DNA of 50,884 nucleotides, from the sequence record SRR2962707_1476; one strand, written 5' to 3'. The notes under the pieces were generated by a model. It worked only from the letters and a program-made list of their open reading frames with translations, searched no databases and had not been told where the DNA came from. Below are positions 28,903-37,868 of this stretch, piece after piece. The translations under genes and the position numbers were made by a program. Position 1 is the stretch's first letter, and every line of letters begins with the position of its first letter.

Positions 28903-29699
28903 AGCTGCACCAATGAATCCTTTTCCTGTTTCAACACATCCTTAATGACGAATACATGATAAAGCGATGTAAAGTCTGAGGTCAGCTTTATTCGCGCATC
29001 ATAAAAAGTCATGTGATCTTCCAGATTAAAATCATCAACGATTCCAATCATAATGTTTTCAGGGAACACCGAGTTGAAACCTGAGGTGACAATGGAGTCT
29101 CCTTTTTGAAGCTTGATGTGTCTTGGAATGTACTTCAGACTCGCATGCGCATAGTCGATTTGATCCCATTGAACTGTGCCTTTGGTCTCTGTACGTTTAA
29201 CTTTTGAAGAGATTAATAACTTAGGATGTAGTAGTGAGTAGATAGTAGCGAAGTTGTCAGAAACGGCTTTTACCTGCCCCACCACTCCAAAAGAGGAGAT
29301 CACACCCATACCTACCTCTATGCTGTCTTTTCTTCCGGCTGATATTGTTAGAAAATTGGAGCTCCTGTCAAAGGTATTGCTAATCACCTTGGCACCTATG
29401 ACATGATACTGATCTACCGTGTCCAGGTAGGAATCTGCTTGAGTTCTCAGCATCCTCAACTCCTGCTGAAGCTGCTCGTTTTCCAGCATCAACTGTTGAT
29501 TGATTTCTGACAGTTCAAAATAGTTGGAGACGTTTTCTGAGCTTTGTGCTACAGAGGCTGCTAAGTTGTTGCTGGAATTAAAGAAAGAGGCGTTGTACCT
29601 ATTATTATAGTTGATTAGCAACCAAACACTTAGGATTTCCAGGCCTAAAAAAATGCCAATCTCTCGTTGTTGATAAAGGAAATCTAACAGTCGTTGCAT
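28899..29699 (-). CDS. mreC: Rod shape-determining protein MreC
   Basis: TM segment, coiled coil, GMGVIS..GVVG, GDSIVTSG..FPE. Confidence 0.94.
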   Translation of the reverse strand: MQRLLDFLYQQREIGIFLGLEILSVWLLINYNNRYNASFFNSSNNLAASVAQSSENVSNYFELSEINQQLMLENEQLQQELRMLRTQADSYLDTVDQYHVIGAKVISNTFDRSSNFLTISAGRKDSIEVGMGVISSFGVVGQVKAVSDNFATIYSLLHPKLLISSKVKRTETKGTVQWDQIDYAHASLKYIPRHIKLQKGDSIVTSGFNSVFPENIMIGIVDDFNLEDHMTFYDARIKLTSDFTSLYHVFVIKDVLKQEKDSLVQL

Positions 29700-29706
29700 C
29701 CACTAT

Positions 29707-30735
29707 TTAGGTCATTAATACCGCTTTGTAATGATTGATGCTTTTAAGCGCAGCACCTGTACCTCTAACTACGGCACGCAATGGATCCTCCGCAATATGG
29801 ATCGGTAGCTTGGTTTTCATCGCTAGTCTCTTATCGAGCCCTCGAAGCATGGCACCACCACCGGTCAGGTAAATTCCATTGTCGTAGATGTCGGCAGAAA
29901 GTTCTGGTGGAGATATCTCCAATGCTTTCAGAACAGCCTCTTCAATTTTTGAAACGGATTTATCGATTGCAAAAGCAATTTCTGAATAGGAAATCTTGAT
30001 GACCTTAGGAATACCAGTCATCAAATCACGACCTCTGATTTCAAAATCTTCCGGGCCATCTTCGAGCTCCGTCAGTGCAGAACCTACCTCGATTTTAACT
30101 TTCTCCGCTGTACGCTCACCAATCAGAAGATTGTGCTGACGTCTCATGTAATCAAGAATGTCTTTGTTGAAGGAGTCTCCAGCTACTCGAATGGATTGGT
30201 CACATACGATTCCACTCAAAGCAATCACGGCGATTTCAGTAGTACCTCCCCCGATATCCACAACCATGCTACCAATGGGCTGATCAATGTCGATACCAAT
30301 ACCGATAGCTGCTGCGATGGGCTCATGGATCATGTAGACTTCCTTAGCGCCGGCATGTTCTGCGGAATCCCGAACGGCCCTCTTCTCAACTTCTGTGATA
30401 CCTGATGGAATACAAATGATCATTCGGTGTGAAGCAGGCATAAAGCTTTTCTTGCCTCTATCCATCATTTTGATCATTCCTCGGATCATGTGTTCCGCAG
30501 CGTGGAAATCTGCAATCACCCCATCCTTAAGAGGACGAATGGTTTTAATGTTTTCGTGGGTTTTCTCATGCATCTGCATCGCTTCGCGACCGATCGCCAA
30601 AACCTTATTATTACTCTTATCAATTGCAATGATGGAAGGCTCATCCACAACAACCTTATCCTTGCTGATAATCAGTGTGTTTGCCGTTCCTAAATCGATT
30701 GCTATATCACTTTGGAAAAAATCAAAAAGACCCAT
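29707..30735 (-). CDS. mreB: Actin-like rod shape protein MreB
   Basis: IDLGTANT, RPLKDGVIADF, DIGGGTTE, LTGGGA. Confidence 0.98.
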   Translation of the reverse strand: MGLFDFFQSDIAIDLGTANTLIISKDKVVVDEPSIIAIDKSNNKVLAIGREAMQMHEKTHENIKTIRPLKDGVIADFHAAEHMIRGMIKMMDRGKKSFMPASHRMIICIPSGITEVEKRAVRDSAEHAGAKEVYMIHEPIAAAIGIGIDIDQPIGSMVVDIGGGTTEIAVIALSGIVCDQSIRVAGDSFNKDILDYMRRQHNLLIGERTAEKVKIEVGSALTELEDGPEDFEIRGRDLMTGIPKVIKISYSEIAFAIDKSVSKIEEAVLKALEISPPELSADIYDNGIYLTGGGAMLRGLDKRLAMKTKLPIHIAEDPLRAVVRGTGAALKSINHYKAVLMT

Positions 30736-30756
30736 GAATGCTGCTCAGAATTTGTG

Positions 30757-30764
30757 CGAATTTA
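30757..30764 (-). promoter_or_regulatory. Probable -7 element (TAAATTCG, variant of TAnnTTTG) for the mreB operon
   Basis: One mismatch to consensus, 21 nt upstream of the mreB ATG. Confidence 0.45.
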
Positions 30765-30911
30765 GGTTCGTTTTTGCATAAAAGCTAAAAATCCGGTCTG
30801 TGGATTGTCATATCTGCCGATTGACCTGCCTTCCGACTTTTTTTATGCTCGTTTAAACATAAAAAGACCCAATTTGTTTCCTAATTTTAAACCAATACAA
30901 AAATCAACATC

Positions 30912-31412
30912 ATGGCAAAGATCACACTAGGCGGAAACGAAACGAATACCATTGGCGAACTACCTGCAGTTGGCAGTGAAGCACCTGACTTCATGTTGGT
31001 AAAAAGGGACATGAAAGAAGTCAGTCTTGCCAATTATCATGGCCAAAAAGTGATCATGAATATTTACCCAAGTATTGATACAGGTATCTGCGCCATGTCC
31101 ACGGTTAAGTTCAATGAGCAGGCCTCTAAGCTGGAAAATACCAGGATCATCTGCGTTTCTAAAGATCTTCCTTTTGCGCTGAACCGATATTGTCAAGCTG
31201 AGGGAATAGAAAATCTTGACAACCTGACAAACTTCAGAGATGGTGGAGATTTCGGAAAAAAGTACGGGGTTGAAATTACAGATGGACCATTTAAAGGTCT
31301 GAATGCCAGGGCTATTGTTGTGGTAGATGAAGATGGAAAAGTTGCTTACACAGAGTTAGTTCCTGAGGTTGGTCAGGAGCCCGATTACGAAAAGGCACTC
31401 GCTGCTTTGTAA
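30912..31412 (+). CDS. tpx: Thiol peroxidase (atypical 2-Cys peroxiredoxin)
   Basis: PSIDTGIC, SKDLPFALNRYC, LNARA. Confidence 0.95.
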   Translation: MAKITLGGNETNTIGELPAVGSEAPDFMLVKRDMKEVSLANYHGQKVIMNIYPSIDTGICAMSTVKFNEQASKLENTRIICVSKDLPFALNRYCQAEGIENLDNLTNFRDGGDFGKKYGVEITDGPFKGLNARAIVVVDEDGKVAYTELVPEVGQEPDYEKALAAL

Positions 31413-31461
31413 ATAAAGCAACCATTTTTGGTGTTATGGCATTATTAAATTGACCATCAAT

Positions 31462-31488
31462 TGAAACATATCGTGCTTTGGCACGTCT
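31462..31488 (+). promoter_or_regulatory. Candidate ECF-sigma promoter TGAAAC-N16-CGTCT
   Basis: Canonical ECF AAC/CGT geometry about 40 nt before the TonB receptor start. Confidence 0.5.
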
Positions 31489-31528
31489 TTGGTTTGGTCA
31501 CTAACACTAATTCATAATACTCACCACG

Positions 31529-33931
31529 TTGAAAAAGATACTTCTGCTACTGGCAGTACTCCCAACACTATTGTTTGCTCAGGAAAAATTCACCATCAAT
31601 GGCTATGTGAAAGATGTTGCCAATGGGGAAGCTTTGATTGGGGCAACAGTACTCATCACTGAACTTGGATCTGGAAATATCACGAATGTGTACGGGTTCT
31701 ATTCCATCACGCTACCTCCCGGCGACTATACAGTTGAATACAGGTATGTGGGCTTTCTAACGCAATCAAGGACAGTTTCATTAAACCAAAACACCCGCAT
31801 TGATATTGAACTGGGGGAGGAACAGCAGATGCTTGCTGAGGTGGTTGTCACTGCAGAACCTGAAGACAAAAATGTTTCCTCAACTGAGATGAGTGTTGGC
31901 GAGATGGATATTAAAACCATCAATAAAATACCGGCATTTCTGGGGGAAGTTGATGTGATTAAAAGTATCCAGTTGCTTCCCGGTGTTACCTCTGTGGGGG
32001 AGGGGTCATCCGGTTTCAACGTACGAGGAGGGAGCGTTGGTCAAAACCTGGTATTGCTGGATGATGCTCCTATCTACAACACTTCACACATGCTCGGCTT
32101 TTTCTCCGTCTTCAACCCGGATGCGGTAAAAGATGTCAAATTATATAAAGGCGGTATCCCGGCTCAGTTTGGTGGTCGGCTAGCTTCCGTGTTGGACATC
32201 CGCATGAAGGAAGGAAACATAAAAGAATATGAAGTGAACGGTGGAGTAGGAACCATCTTCTCCAGGGTGGCACTTGAGGGGCCAATCAAAAAGGAGAAAG
32301 CCTCTTTCATCGTGGCGGGTAGAAGATCGTACATCGATATACTTGCACGGCCGTTTACAGATGTATTTAGTAATGGTGCCGGGTTGTACTTCTATGATCT
32401 GACGACCAAAGCAAACTGGAATATTTCATCTAAAGACAGGGTATATGTCTCTGGGTATTGGGGTCGTGACGTCTTCAATTTTGATGAAAGAAATGGAATC
32501 AACTGGGGGAGTAAGGCTGGAACATTCCGATGGAATCACCTGTACAACGACCGAATCTTTTCTAACCTGACATTTTACGTCAGTGATTATGATTATGAGC
32601 TGGCCTTTGGGGATAATGATCTGGACAAATTCAAATGGACTTCCAACATTACCACTTATGATATAAAGCCAGAATTCACCTACTTCATCAACCCCCAGAA
32701 TGAGCTGACTTTTGGCGGAGAAGCCATTCTCTATAAGTTCAGTCCTGCGGATGCCACAGCGAGCAGCAACGGGACGGACATTGAATTCAACTTGTCTCAT
32801 AAAAGGGCACTGGAGTACGGTATTTATATCGGCAATCAACAGACAGTAAATGACAAATTGAGCGTGCAGTATGGTGTACGATTGTCAGGTTTCAATTACA
32901 TGGGAATCGATGAAGGGCTCTATTACACCTTCAATGATACCATCCCGGGATACAGGAGAAGTGCAACGGATGTCCAGCAAGTTGATGAATGGGAAACCAT
33001 TGAAGATTATCAAAATATTGAGCCGAGGATTTCACTTAAATATCAATTGAATCCTACTTCCTCTATCAAGGCAAGCTACAATAGGATGGCCCAGTACATT
33101 CATCTGGTATCCAACACCACGGCTTCAAATCCATTGGATATCTGGACACCAAGTACGAACAATATCAAACCACAGATTGGGCAGCAGTGGGCAGCAGGTT
33201 ATTTCAGAAACTTCAGGAATAATGCTTACGAATTTTCAGTTGAAGCCTATTACCGAAAAACGGAAAATCAGATCGACTATATAGATGGTGCTGAGCTTTT
33301 CATCAATGAATTGATTGAGGGAGATGTGCTTGCGGGAGATGGAAGGGCTTACGGTCTTGAATTTTATCTTAAGAAGAATGAAGGTCGATTCACCGGCTGG
33401 GTGAGCTATACACTCGGACGAACAGAGCTAAAAATTGACGGCATCAACTTCAGGGATGACCTGGAAAACAGAAAAGGGCAATGGTATCCGGCCAGATATG
33501 ATCAGCTGCATAACCTGAAGCTGGCAGGTTTTTATGAGCTCAACAAAAGATGGTCAGTTTCTGGAAATTTCACTTTCCTTTCCGGAACACCCACCACTTT
33601 CCCAACTCACCGATACACGGTTGAGCATCTGACTATTCCGGAAAATGCCAATAACTCTAGGAATAACCTGAGAATTCCGGATTATCACCGATTGGATATT
33701 TCCTTCACCTTGCTTGGACGTGAGGTAAGTAAGAAGGGGAAAGTGAGAAAGAATCGTGATTCGTGGGTATTCACGGTATACAATATTTACAATAGGCAAA
33801 ATCCCTTTTCCATCTACTTCTGGCAAGGAGGAGATCGTATAGGCGTGGGTGATCCCGCTCCAACTCGTGCAACCCAGGTTTCTATACTTGGTGCTTTGGT
33901 TCCATCTGTTACGTACAACTTCAAGTTTTAA
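31529..33931 (+). CDS. TonB-dependent receptor with N-terminal carboxypeptidase-regulatory-like domain
   Basis: TTG start, signal peptide, plug FNVRGG..QNLVLLD, C-terminal YNFKF. Confidence 0.92.
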   Translation: MKKILLLLAVLPTLLFAQEKFTINGYVKDVANGEALIGATVLITELGSGNITNVYGFYSITLPPGDYTVEYRYVGFLTQSRTVSLNQNTRIDIELGEEQQMLAEVVVTAEPEDKNVSSTEMSVGEMDIKTINKIPAFLGEVDVIKSIQLLPGVTSVGEGSSGFNVRGGSVGQNLVLLDDAPIYNTSHMLGFFSVFNPDAVKDVKLYKGGIPAQFGGRLASVLDIRMKEGNIKEYEVNGGVGTIFSRVALEGPIKKEKASFIVAGRRSYIDILARPFTDVFSNGAGLYFYDLTTKANWNISSKDRVYVSGYWGRDVFNFDERNGINWGSKAGTFRWNHLYNDRIFSNLTFYVSDYDYELAFGDNDLDKFKWTSNITTYDIKPEFTYFINPQNELTFGGEAILYKFSPADATASSNGTDIEFNLSHKRALEYGIYIGNQQTVNDKLSVQYGVRLSGFNYMGIDEGLYYTFNDTIPGYRRSATDVQQVDEWETIEDYQNIEPRISLKYQLNPTSSIKASYNRMAQYIHLVSNTTASNPLDIWTPSTNNIKPQIGQQWAAGYFRNFRNNAYEFSVEAYYRKTENQIDYIDGAELFINELIEGDVLAGDGRAYGLEFYLKKNEGRFTGWVSYTLGRTELKIDGINFRDDLENRKGQWYPARYDQLHNLKLAGFYELNKRWSVSGNFTFLSGTPTTFPTHRYTVEHLTIPENANNSRNNLRIPDYHRLDISFTLLGREVSKKGKVRKNRDSWVFTVYNIYNRQNPFSIYFWQGGDRIGVGDPAPTRATQVSILGALVPSVTYNFKF

Positions 33932-33935
33932 GAAA

Positions 33936-34859
33936 ATGAAAAGATTACTTTATATCGGATTAGTAGTTGCCTTGCTGGGATGTGAAACAGACATCAATGT
34001 CGAGCTCCCTGAGGCGGACGCACTTGTAGCTGTGGACGCGTGGCTTTACCATAAAGCTGAGCCGCAGGTAATCGATGTGACCCTGACCAGCACCTATTTT
34101 GACCAATCTGCACCGACAGGTTTGTCAGGAGCGATAGTCACAGTCACTGATTTAACCAACAGCGACATATACACATTTGCTGAAGAGGAGCCGGGGAAAT
34201 ACGTTTGGAACCCTGCCACACCAACCGATTCTTTTGGAATAATTGGCAATAATTATCACCTCTCCATTGAGCTGATTGATCGAACCATTGAGTCAGTATC
34301 TACTTTGAATCGGGTGATGCCAATTGATAGCATCACCTGGAGATTGGAAGAAGAAACACCATTTACCAATGGAGAATACTACGTGGGAGAATTTTGGGCT
34401 ACAGACCTGATTGGTGAGGGAGATGTATACTGGATCAAATCCTGGAAAAATGGCCAATTGCTGAATAAACCAAACGAGATAAACATTGCTTATGATGGCG
34501 CATTTTCAGAAGGAGACAATGCGGACGGACTTACGTTCCCGCTTCCGATTCGAGATGCTATCAGCCCGTTTGAATTTGATGATGATGACATCCTGATTCC
34601 ACCATATGTGCTTGGAGATTCAGTCTTCGTGGAGCTCAATTCCATTACTCCGGAGGCATTTTTCTTTCTACGAGCGGCTCGTGATCAAATTGATCGTCCC
34701 GGTGGATTTGGAGAGCTTTTCTCTGTTCCATTGGCGAATGTTCAGTCCAACTTATTTGCTTCAAACGATGAAAAGGTAGTAGGCTTCTTTTGTGTATCGG
34801 CTTCCAGCACACTTGGAAGAAAGTTCACTGAGGATGCGATAAGGGAAGTTCCTGAGTAA
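33936..34859 (+). CDS. DUF4249-family lipoprotein (start revised to ATG 33936)
   Basis: Lipobox LLGC-ETD; GELF..P.ANVQSN, VVGFF; directly follows the TonB receptor. Confidence 0.82.
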   Translation: MKRLLYIGLVVALLGCETDINVELPEADALVAVDAWLYHKAEPQVIDVTLTSTYFDQSAPTGLSGAIVTVTDLTNSDIYTFAEEEPGKYVWNPATPTDSFGIIGNNYHLSIELIDRTIESVSTLNRVMPIDSITWRLEEETPFTNGEYYVGEFWATDLIGEGDVYWIKSWKNGQLLNKPNEINIAYDGAFSEGDNADGLTFPLPIRDAISPFEFDDDDILIPPYVLGDSVFVELNSITPEAFFFLRAARDQIDRPGGFGELFSVPLANVQSNLFASNDEKVVGFFCVSASSTLGRKFTEDAIREVPE

Positions 34860-34894
34860 TTATTGTCTTTGTTTTGTAATATTTTGTAGCAAAT

Positions 34895-34924
34895 AAATCC
34901 ACTTGCCATCGTAGGCTCGTAGGT
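34895..34924 (+). promoter_or_regulatory. Putative ECF (SigK-like) promoter copy 1: AAATCC-N17-CGTAGGT
   Basis: Same motif and spacing at 37687 and 41255; CGTA ends 34 nt before ATG 34956. Confidence 0.72.
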
Positions 34925-34955
34925 TAGGCTTTAATCATTTTAAAAGTTTAACACT

Positions 34956-35714
34956 ATGAGAAAATTACTCCTAACAATGGGTCTGGTCGCTTCGGCCGCC
35001 TTTGTTATTCTGATGGCAGCTGATCACATCGATGCGCCTGCTGTCGGCTCGCTAACTGAGGGCAGCTCTGTGGCAGATATCACAGACTACTATGCCTTCG
35101 AAAGTCCTTCCAATTCTGACAACTATGTGTTTGTCTGCAATGTGGCAGGTCTCACCGCTCCTTCTGCATCTGCATCATTGAGTTTTGCAACGAATGTGAT
35201 GTACGAATTCAACATCGATAATGATGGTGATAATGTCGAGGACCTGGTGATTCAAACAACTTTTACCTCTGACGGTAAAGTAGTTTCCTACGGTCCGGTT
35301 GCACCGACAGCTACTGGTCTGAACAGTGTTCTTGAAACGACAGGAACAATGGTTGAAGCGGACATCACTGCATATGGTGAAAGTGCACAAGTAGGAACGG
35401 GTTCTGGAATCAGCCTTTTTGCCGGCCCTCGTGACGATCCATTTTTCATGGATTTCTTTCAGTTCGTCAGCATCGTGAATGGTGTTGGAGCATCCCTATC
35501 TGACGAAACCAATACTGGATTATATGATGGAAACAGGGATTCTGATCCGGATACGGAAGGTGTTCAGCCATATCCTGCTGCTTTCAATAATCCCGGAACG
35601 GATGCCTTCGCCGGAACGAATGTACTTTCAGTAGTTGTGGAGGTACCCAAGTCTATGCTTGGATCAAGCAACACGTTCAGCTCGTGGGTAGAAAGCAAAG
35701 TGATTGTACAATAA
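34956..35714 (+). CDS. DUF4331-family secreted protein (N-terminal-half type)
   Basis: Signal peptide followed by ADHIDAP; DITDYYAF, FNIDNDGD, FAGPRDDPFF, AGTNVLSVVVEVP. Confidence 0.88.
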   Translation: MRKLLLTMGLVASAAFVILMAADHIDAPAVGSLTEGSSVADITDYYAFESPSNSDNYVFVCNVAGLTAPSASASLSFATNVMYEFNIDNDGDNVEDLVIQTTFTSDGKVVSYGPVAPTATGLNSVLETTGTMVEADITAYGESAQVGTGSGISLFAGPRDDPFFMDFFQFVSIVNGVGASLSDETNTGLYDGNRDSDPDTEGVQPYPAAFNNPGTDAFAGTNVLSVVVEVPKSMLGSSNTFSSWVESKVIVQ

Positions 35715-35739
35715 GGTTTCAACTTAAAAATTAAAGACA

Positions 35740-36312
35740 ATGAGTATCAATAATACACTAATGAAAAAGCTTGGAATATTATTTCTGATTACTTCCATGC
35801 TATTTACCACTTCATGTGGAGATGACGATGCAGGGGTTACTCCTGATCCGGATGTTTATGCAACGATTGATCAGATGGGCAGACCTGCGATCAACACCGT
35901 ATTCAACTTCTTTGGTTCTGCGGATGTGAAAAACAACTACAACCTGACATTACCGTCAGCGGGTAGTGCGAACTCAGCGGCCTTCAAAGGAATTTTGGAT
36001 GCACTTCAAACCTATATTTTCCTTGATCCTGTCGAGTTTGAAAACATTCTTGGTATTGGCAATGCTGACTTAGCTGGTGTACTTGCAGTCGATGTACTGA
36101 CCTCAGACAAGACAGCCTCTTCGTCATATGGAACCTTGAACGGTCGGGCACTTGGAGATGATGTGGTCGATGTAACCTTGCTGCTTGCTTTTAGCGATCA
36201 GTCGGATGCAGGAGCCGATAATCAAGTAAAAGCTGGAGTATCTTCTGACAATGTAAGCGCTAACGATAAGTCGTTCAGCAGCACATTCCCATACCTGGCA
36301 TCACCTCACTAA
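35740..36312 (+). CDS. DUF4331-family lipoprotein (C-terminal-half type; alternative start 35761)
   Basis: Lipobox TTSC-GDDD; QMGRPAINT, NGRAL.DDVVD, FPYLASPH. Confidence 0.85.
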   Translation: MSINNTLMKKLGILFLITSMLFTTSCGDDDAGVTPDPDVYATIDQMGRPAINTVFNFFGSADVKNNYNLTLPSAGSANSAAFKGILDALQTYIFLDPVEFENILGIGNADLAGVLAVDVLTSDKTASSSYGTLNGRALGDDVVDVTLLLAFSDQSDAGADNQVKAGVSSDNVSANDKSFSSTFPYLASPH

Positions 36313-36316
36313 TCAT

Positions 36317-36356
36317 ATTGGAAGTCATCATGCTATGGGGTGACTTCCAATTTTTT
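36317..36356 (+). terminator. Intra-operon hairpin/terminator between the DUF4331 pair and the TPR gene
   Basis: ATTGGAAGTCATC...GGTGACTTCCAAT 13-bp stem (one G-U) plus T run. Confidence 0.8.
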
Positions 36357-36377
36357 CTCACTATCAATTAAGCTATT

Positions 36378-37718
36378 ATGAAATCTCTCTTACGAATTAT
36401 TGTCTTTTTTTGGGTTTTATCTTCATGTACCCAGGTTCAAGACGAACAGATCGCAAAAGCCAAAGATTACGAAAAGTACCTTGACATAAATCAAGAAGAA
36501 ACCATTCTGTCATTGGAGCAGGAAGTTACTTTTTGGAAAGAAAAGATCAGCAGTCTGCCAAATGGATTCACGTATCATCAAAAATTAGGGAGCAGCTATC
36601 TCTCCTTATTTGAAACAACCGGGAGGATCGAATACCTGCATTTAGCAAACACAGCTTTTGAGCAGGCTGAATCGCTGACATTAGGTGCCGTCAAGACTGG
36701 GAGTCTTCTCACCTTGAGTAGCCTATCCATCAAGAAGCACGACTTTGAATCAGCTGCAAAATATGCTGTACAGGCTAAAAGTGCCTCAGAAGAAAAATTA
36801 GGTCCATTGCTCATGCAGTTTGATGCTGAAATGGAGCTTGGAAATTACCAGGCAGCTGGGGCCATTCTAAAGGAAAACAAACAAAAAACATCTTTCGACT
36901 ACCTCGTGCGATTGTCTAAGTATAAAGACTATGAAGGAGATCTTGATTCAGCTATTTACTATATGCAAACAGCTGAAAGTTTGGTGCAAAAAGAACATTC
37001 AGGCAGGAAAGTTTGGGCCAAAGCCAATCTTGGGGACATGTACGGTCATGCAGGAAGAATTACTGATTCTTATAATAAATACCTGGAGGTCCTCTCCTTT
37101 GATTCGACTTACAGCTATGTGCTGAAGGGTATTGCCTGGATTGCATATTCAGCCGATCACAATACAGAAGAAGCTATGCGAATTCTAAAAGCCATCCATC
37201 AGCGGACAGCTATGCCTGACTTACTTTTAAACATGGCTGAAATCCATGAATACGAAGGAAGAAACGACCAGGCAGTTCGGTTAAAAACAGATTTCATTGA
37301 GGAGGCTACACGGGATGAATACCTCAGCATGTACAACAAGTACCTCATCGATTTGTATCTCGAAAGGGGCGAAATGGAAAAGGCATTGGCACTCGCTCAG
37401 AATGAGGTGGACACAAGGCCAACGCCTGCTACCTTCGATTGGCTGGCAAGGGTCTATGCAAAAAAGGGCAATTTGAATGAAGCAATCCATCTCTATCGGA
37501 CTGAGGTGGAAGGTAAGACCCAGGAGCCCGAAACGATTTTGCATATGGGGTTGGCTTATCACCTTGCAGGAATAGAAAAGGGTGAAAACTACCTCGAAGA
37601 AAGCCTGGAATCGTCGTTTGAGTTGGGACCACTTTGGAGCCGGACAATAGAAGAAACATTGAAATCTAAAAAAATTGCAATGGGGGAAATCCAAACAGGC
37701 TCATCACTTCGTAAGTAG
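36378..37718 (+). CDS. TPR-repeat lipoprotein associated with the DUF4331 locus
   Basis: Lipobox LSSC; helical TPR pattern; MYGHAGRI..SY..YL, FELGP. Confidence 0.82.
   Translation: MKSLLRIIVFFWVLSSCTQVQDEQIAKAKDYEKYLDINQEETILSLEQEVTFWKEKISSLPNGFTYHQKLGSSYLSLFETTGRIEYLHLANTAFEQAESLTLGAVKTGSLLTLSSLSIKKHDFESAAKYAVQAKSASEEKLGPLLMQFDAEMELGNYQAAGAILKENKQKTSFDYLVRLSKYKDYEGDLDSAIYYMQTAESLVQKEHSGRKVWAKANLGDMYGHAGRITDSYNKYLEVLSFDSTYSYVLKGIAWIAYSADHNTEEAMRILKAIHQRTAMPDLLLNMAEIHEYEGRNDQAVRLKTDFIEEATRDEYLSMYNKYLIDLYLERGEMEKALALAQNEVDTRPTPATFDWLARVYAKKGNLNEAIHLYRTEVEGKTQEPETILHMGLAYHLAGIEKGENYLEESLESSFELGPLWSRTIEETLKSKKIAMGEIQTGSSLRK
37687..37716 (+). promoter_or_regulatory. Putative ECF promoter copy 2, inside the TPR gene 3' end: AAATCC-N17-CGTAAGT
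   Basis: Matches copies 1 and 3 in both boxes and in spacer length. Confidence 0.68.
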
Positions 37719-37719
37719 C

Positions 37720-37802
37720 CTTGAAAAGAAACAACTTTCGTGCAATGCACGGATAGCTGGTTGGTGATAGAGAGCCCTGGTTGTTGTGACCGGGGTTTTT
37801 TT
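37720..37802 (+). ncRNA. Candidate ECF-dependent small RNA (~82 nt)
   Basis: Promoter motif immediately upstream, internal hairpin TTCGTGC-AAT-GCACGGA, GU-rich linker, intrinsic terminator; ends are predicted. Confidence 0.55.
37772..37802 (+). terminator. Intrinsic terminator
   Basis: GAGCCCTGGTT...GACCGGGGTTT stem (with G-U pairs) followed by a T run. Confidence 0.78.
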
Positions 37803-37868
37803 CTTAAGGATGTGTTAATGCTGCTTCATCATTAGCAACCAAACCACTCGAAGATTATATTCGAGTAT

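Noticed and set aside
33849-33935. ORF-track N-terminal extensions (also 17764, 38914, 47864)
   Set aside because: Downstream starts give proper signal peptides or translational coupling; the extensions overlap upstream genes or leaders.
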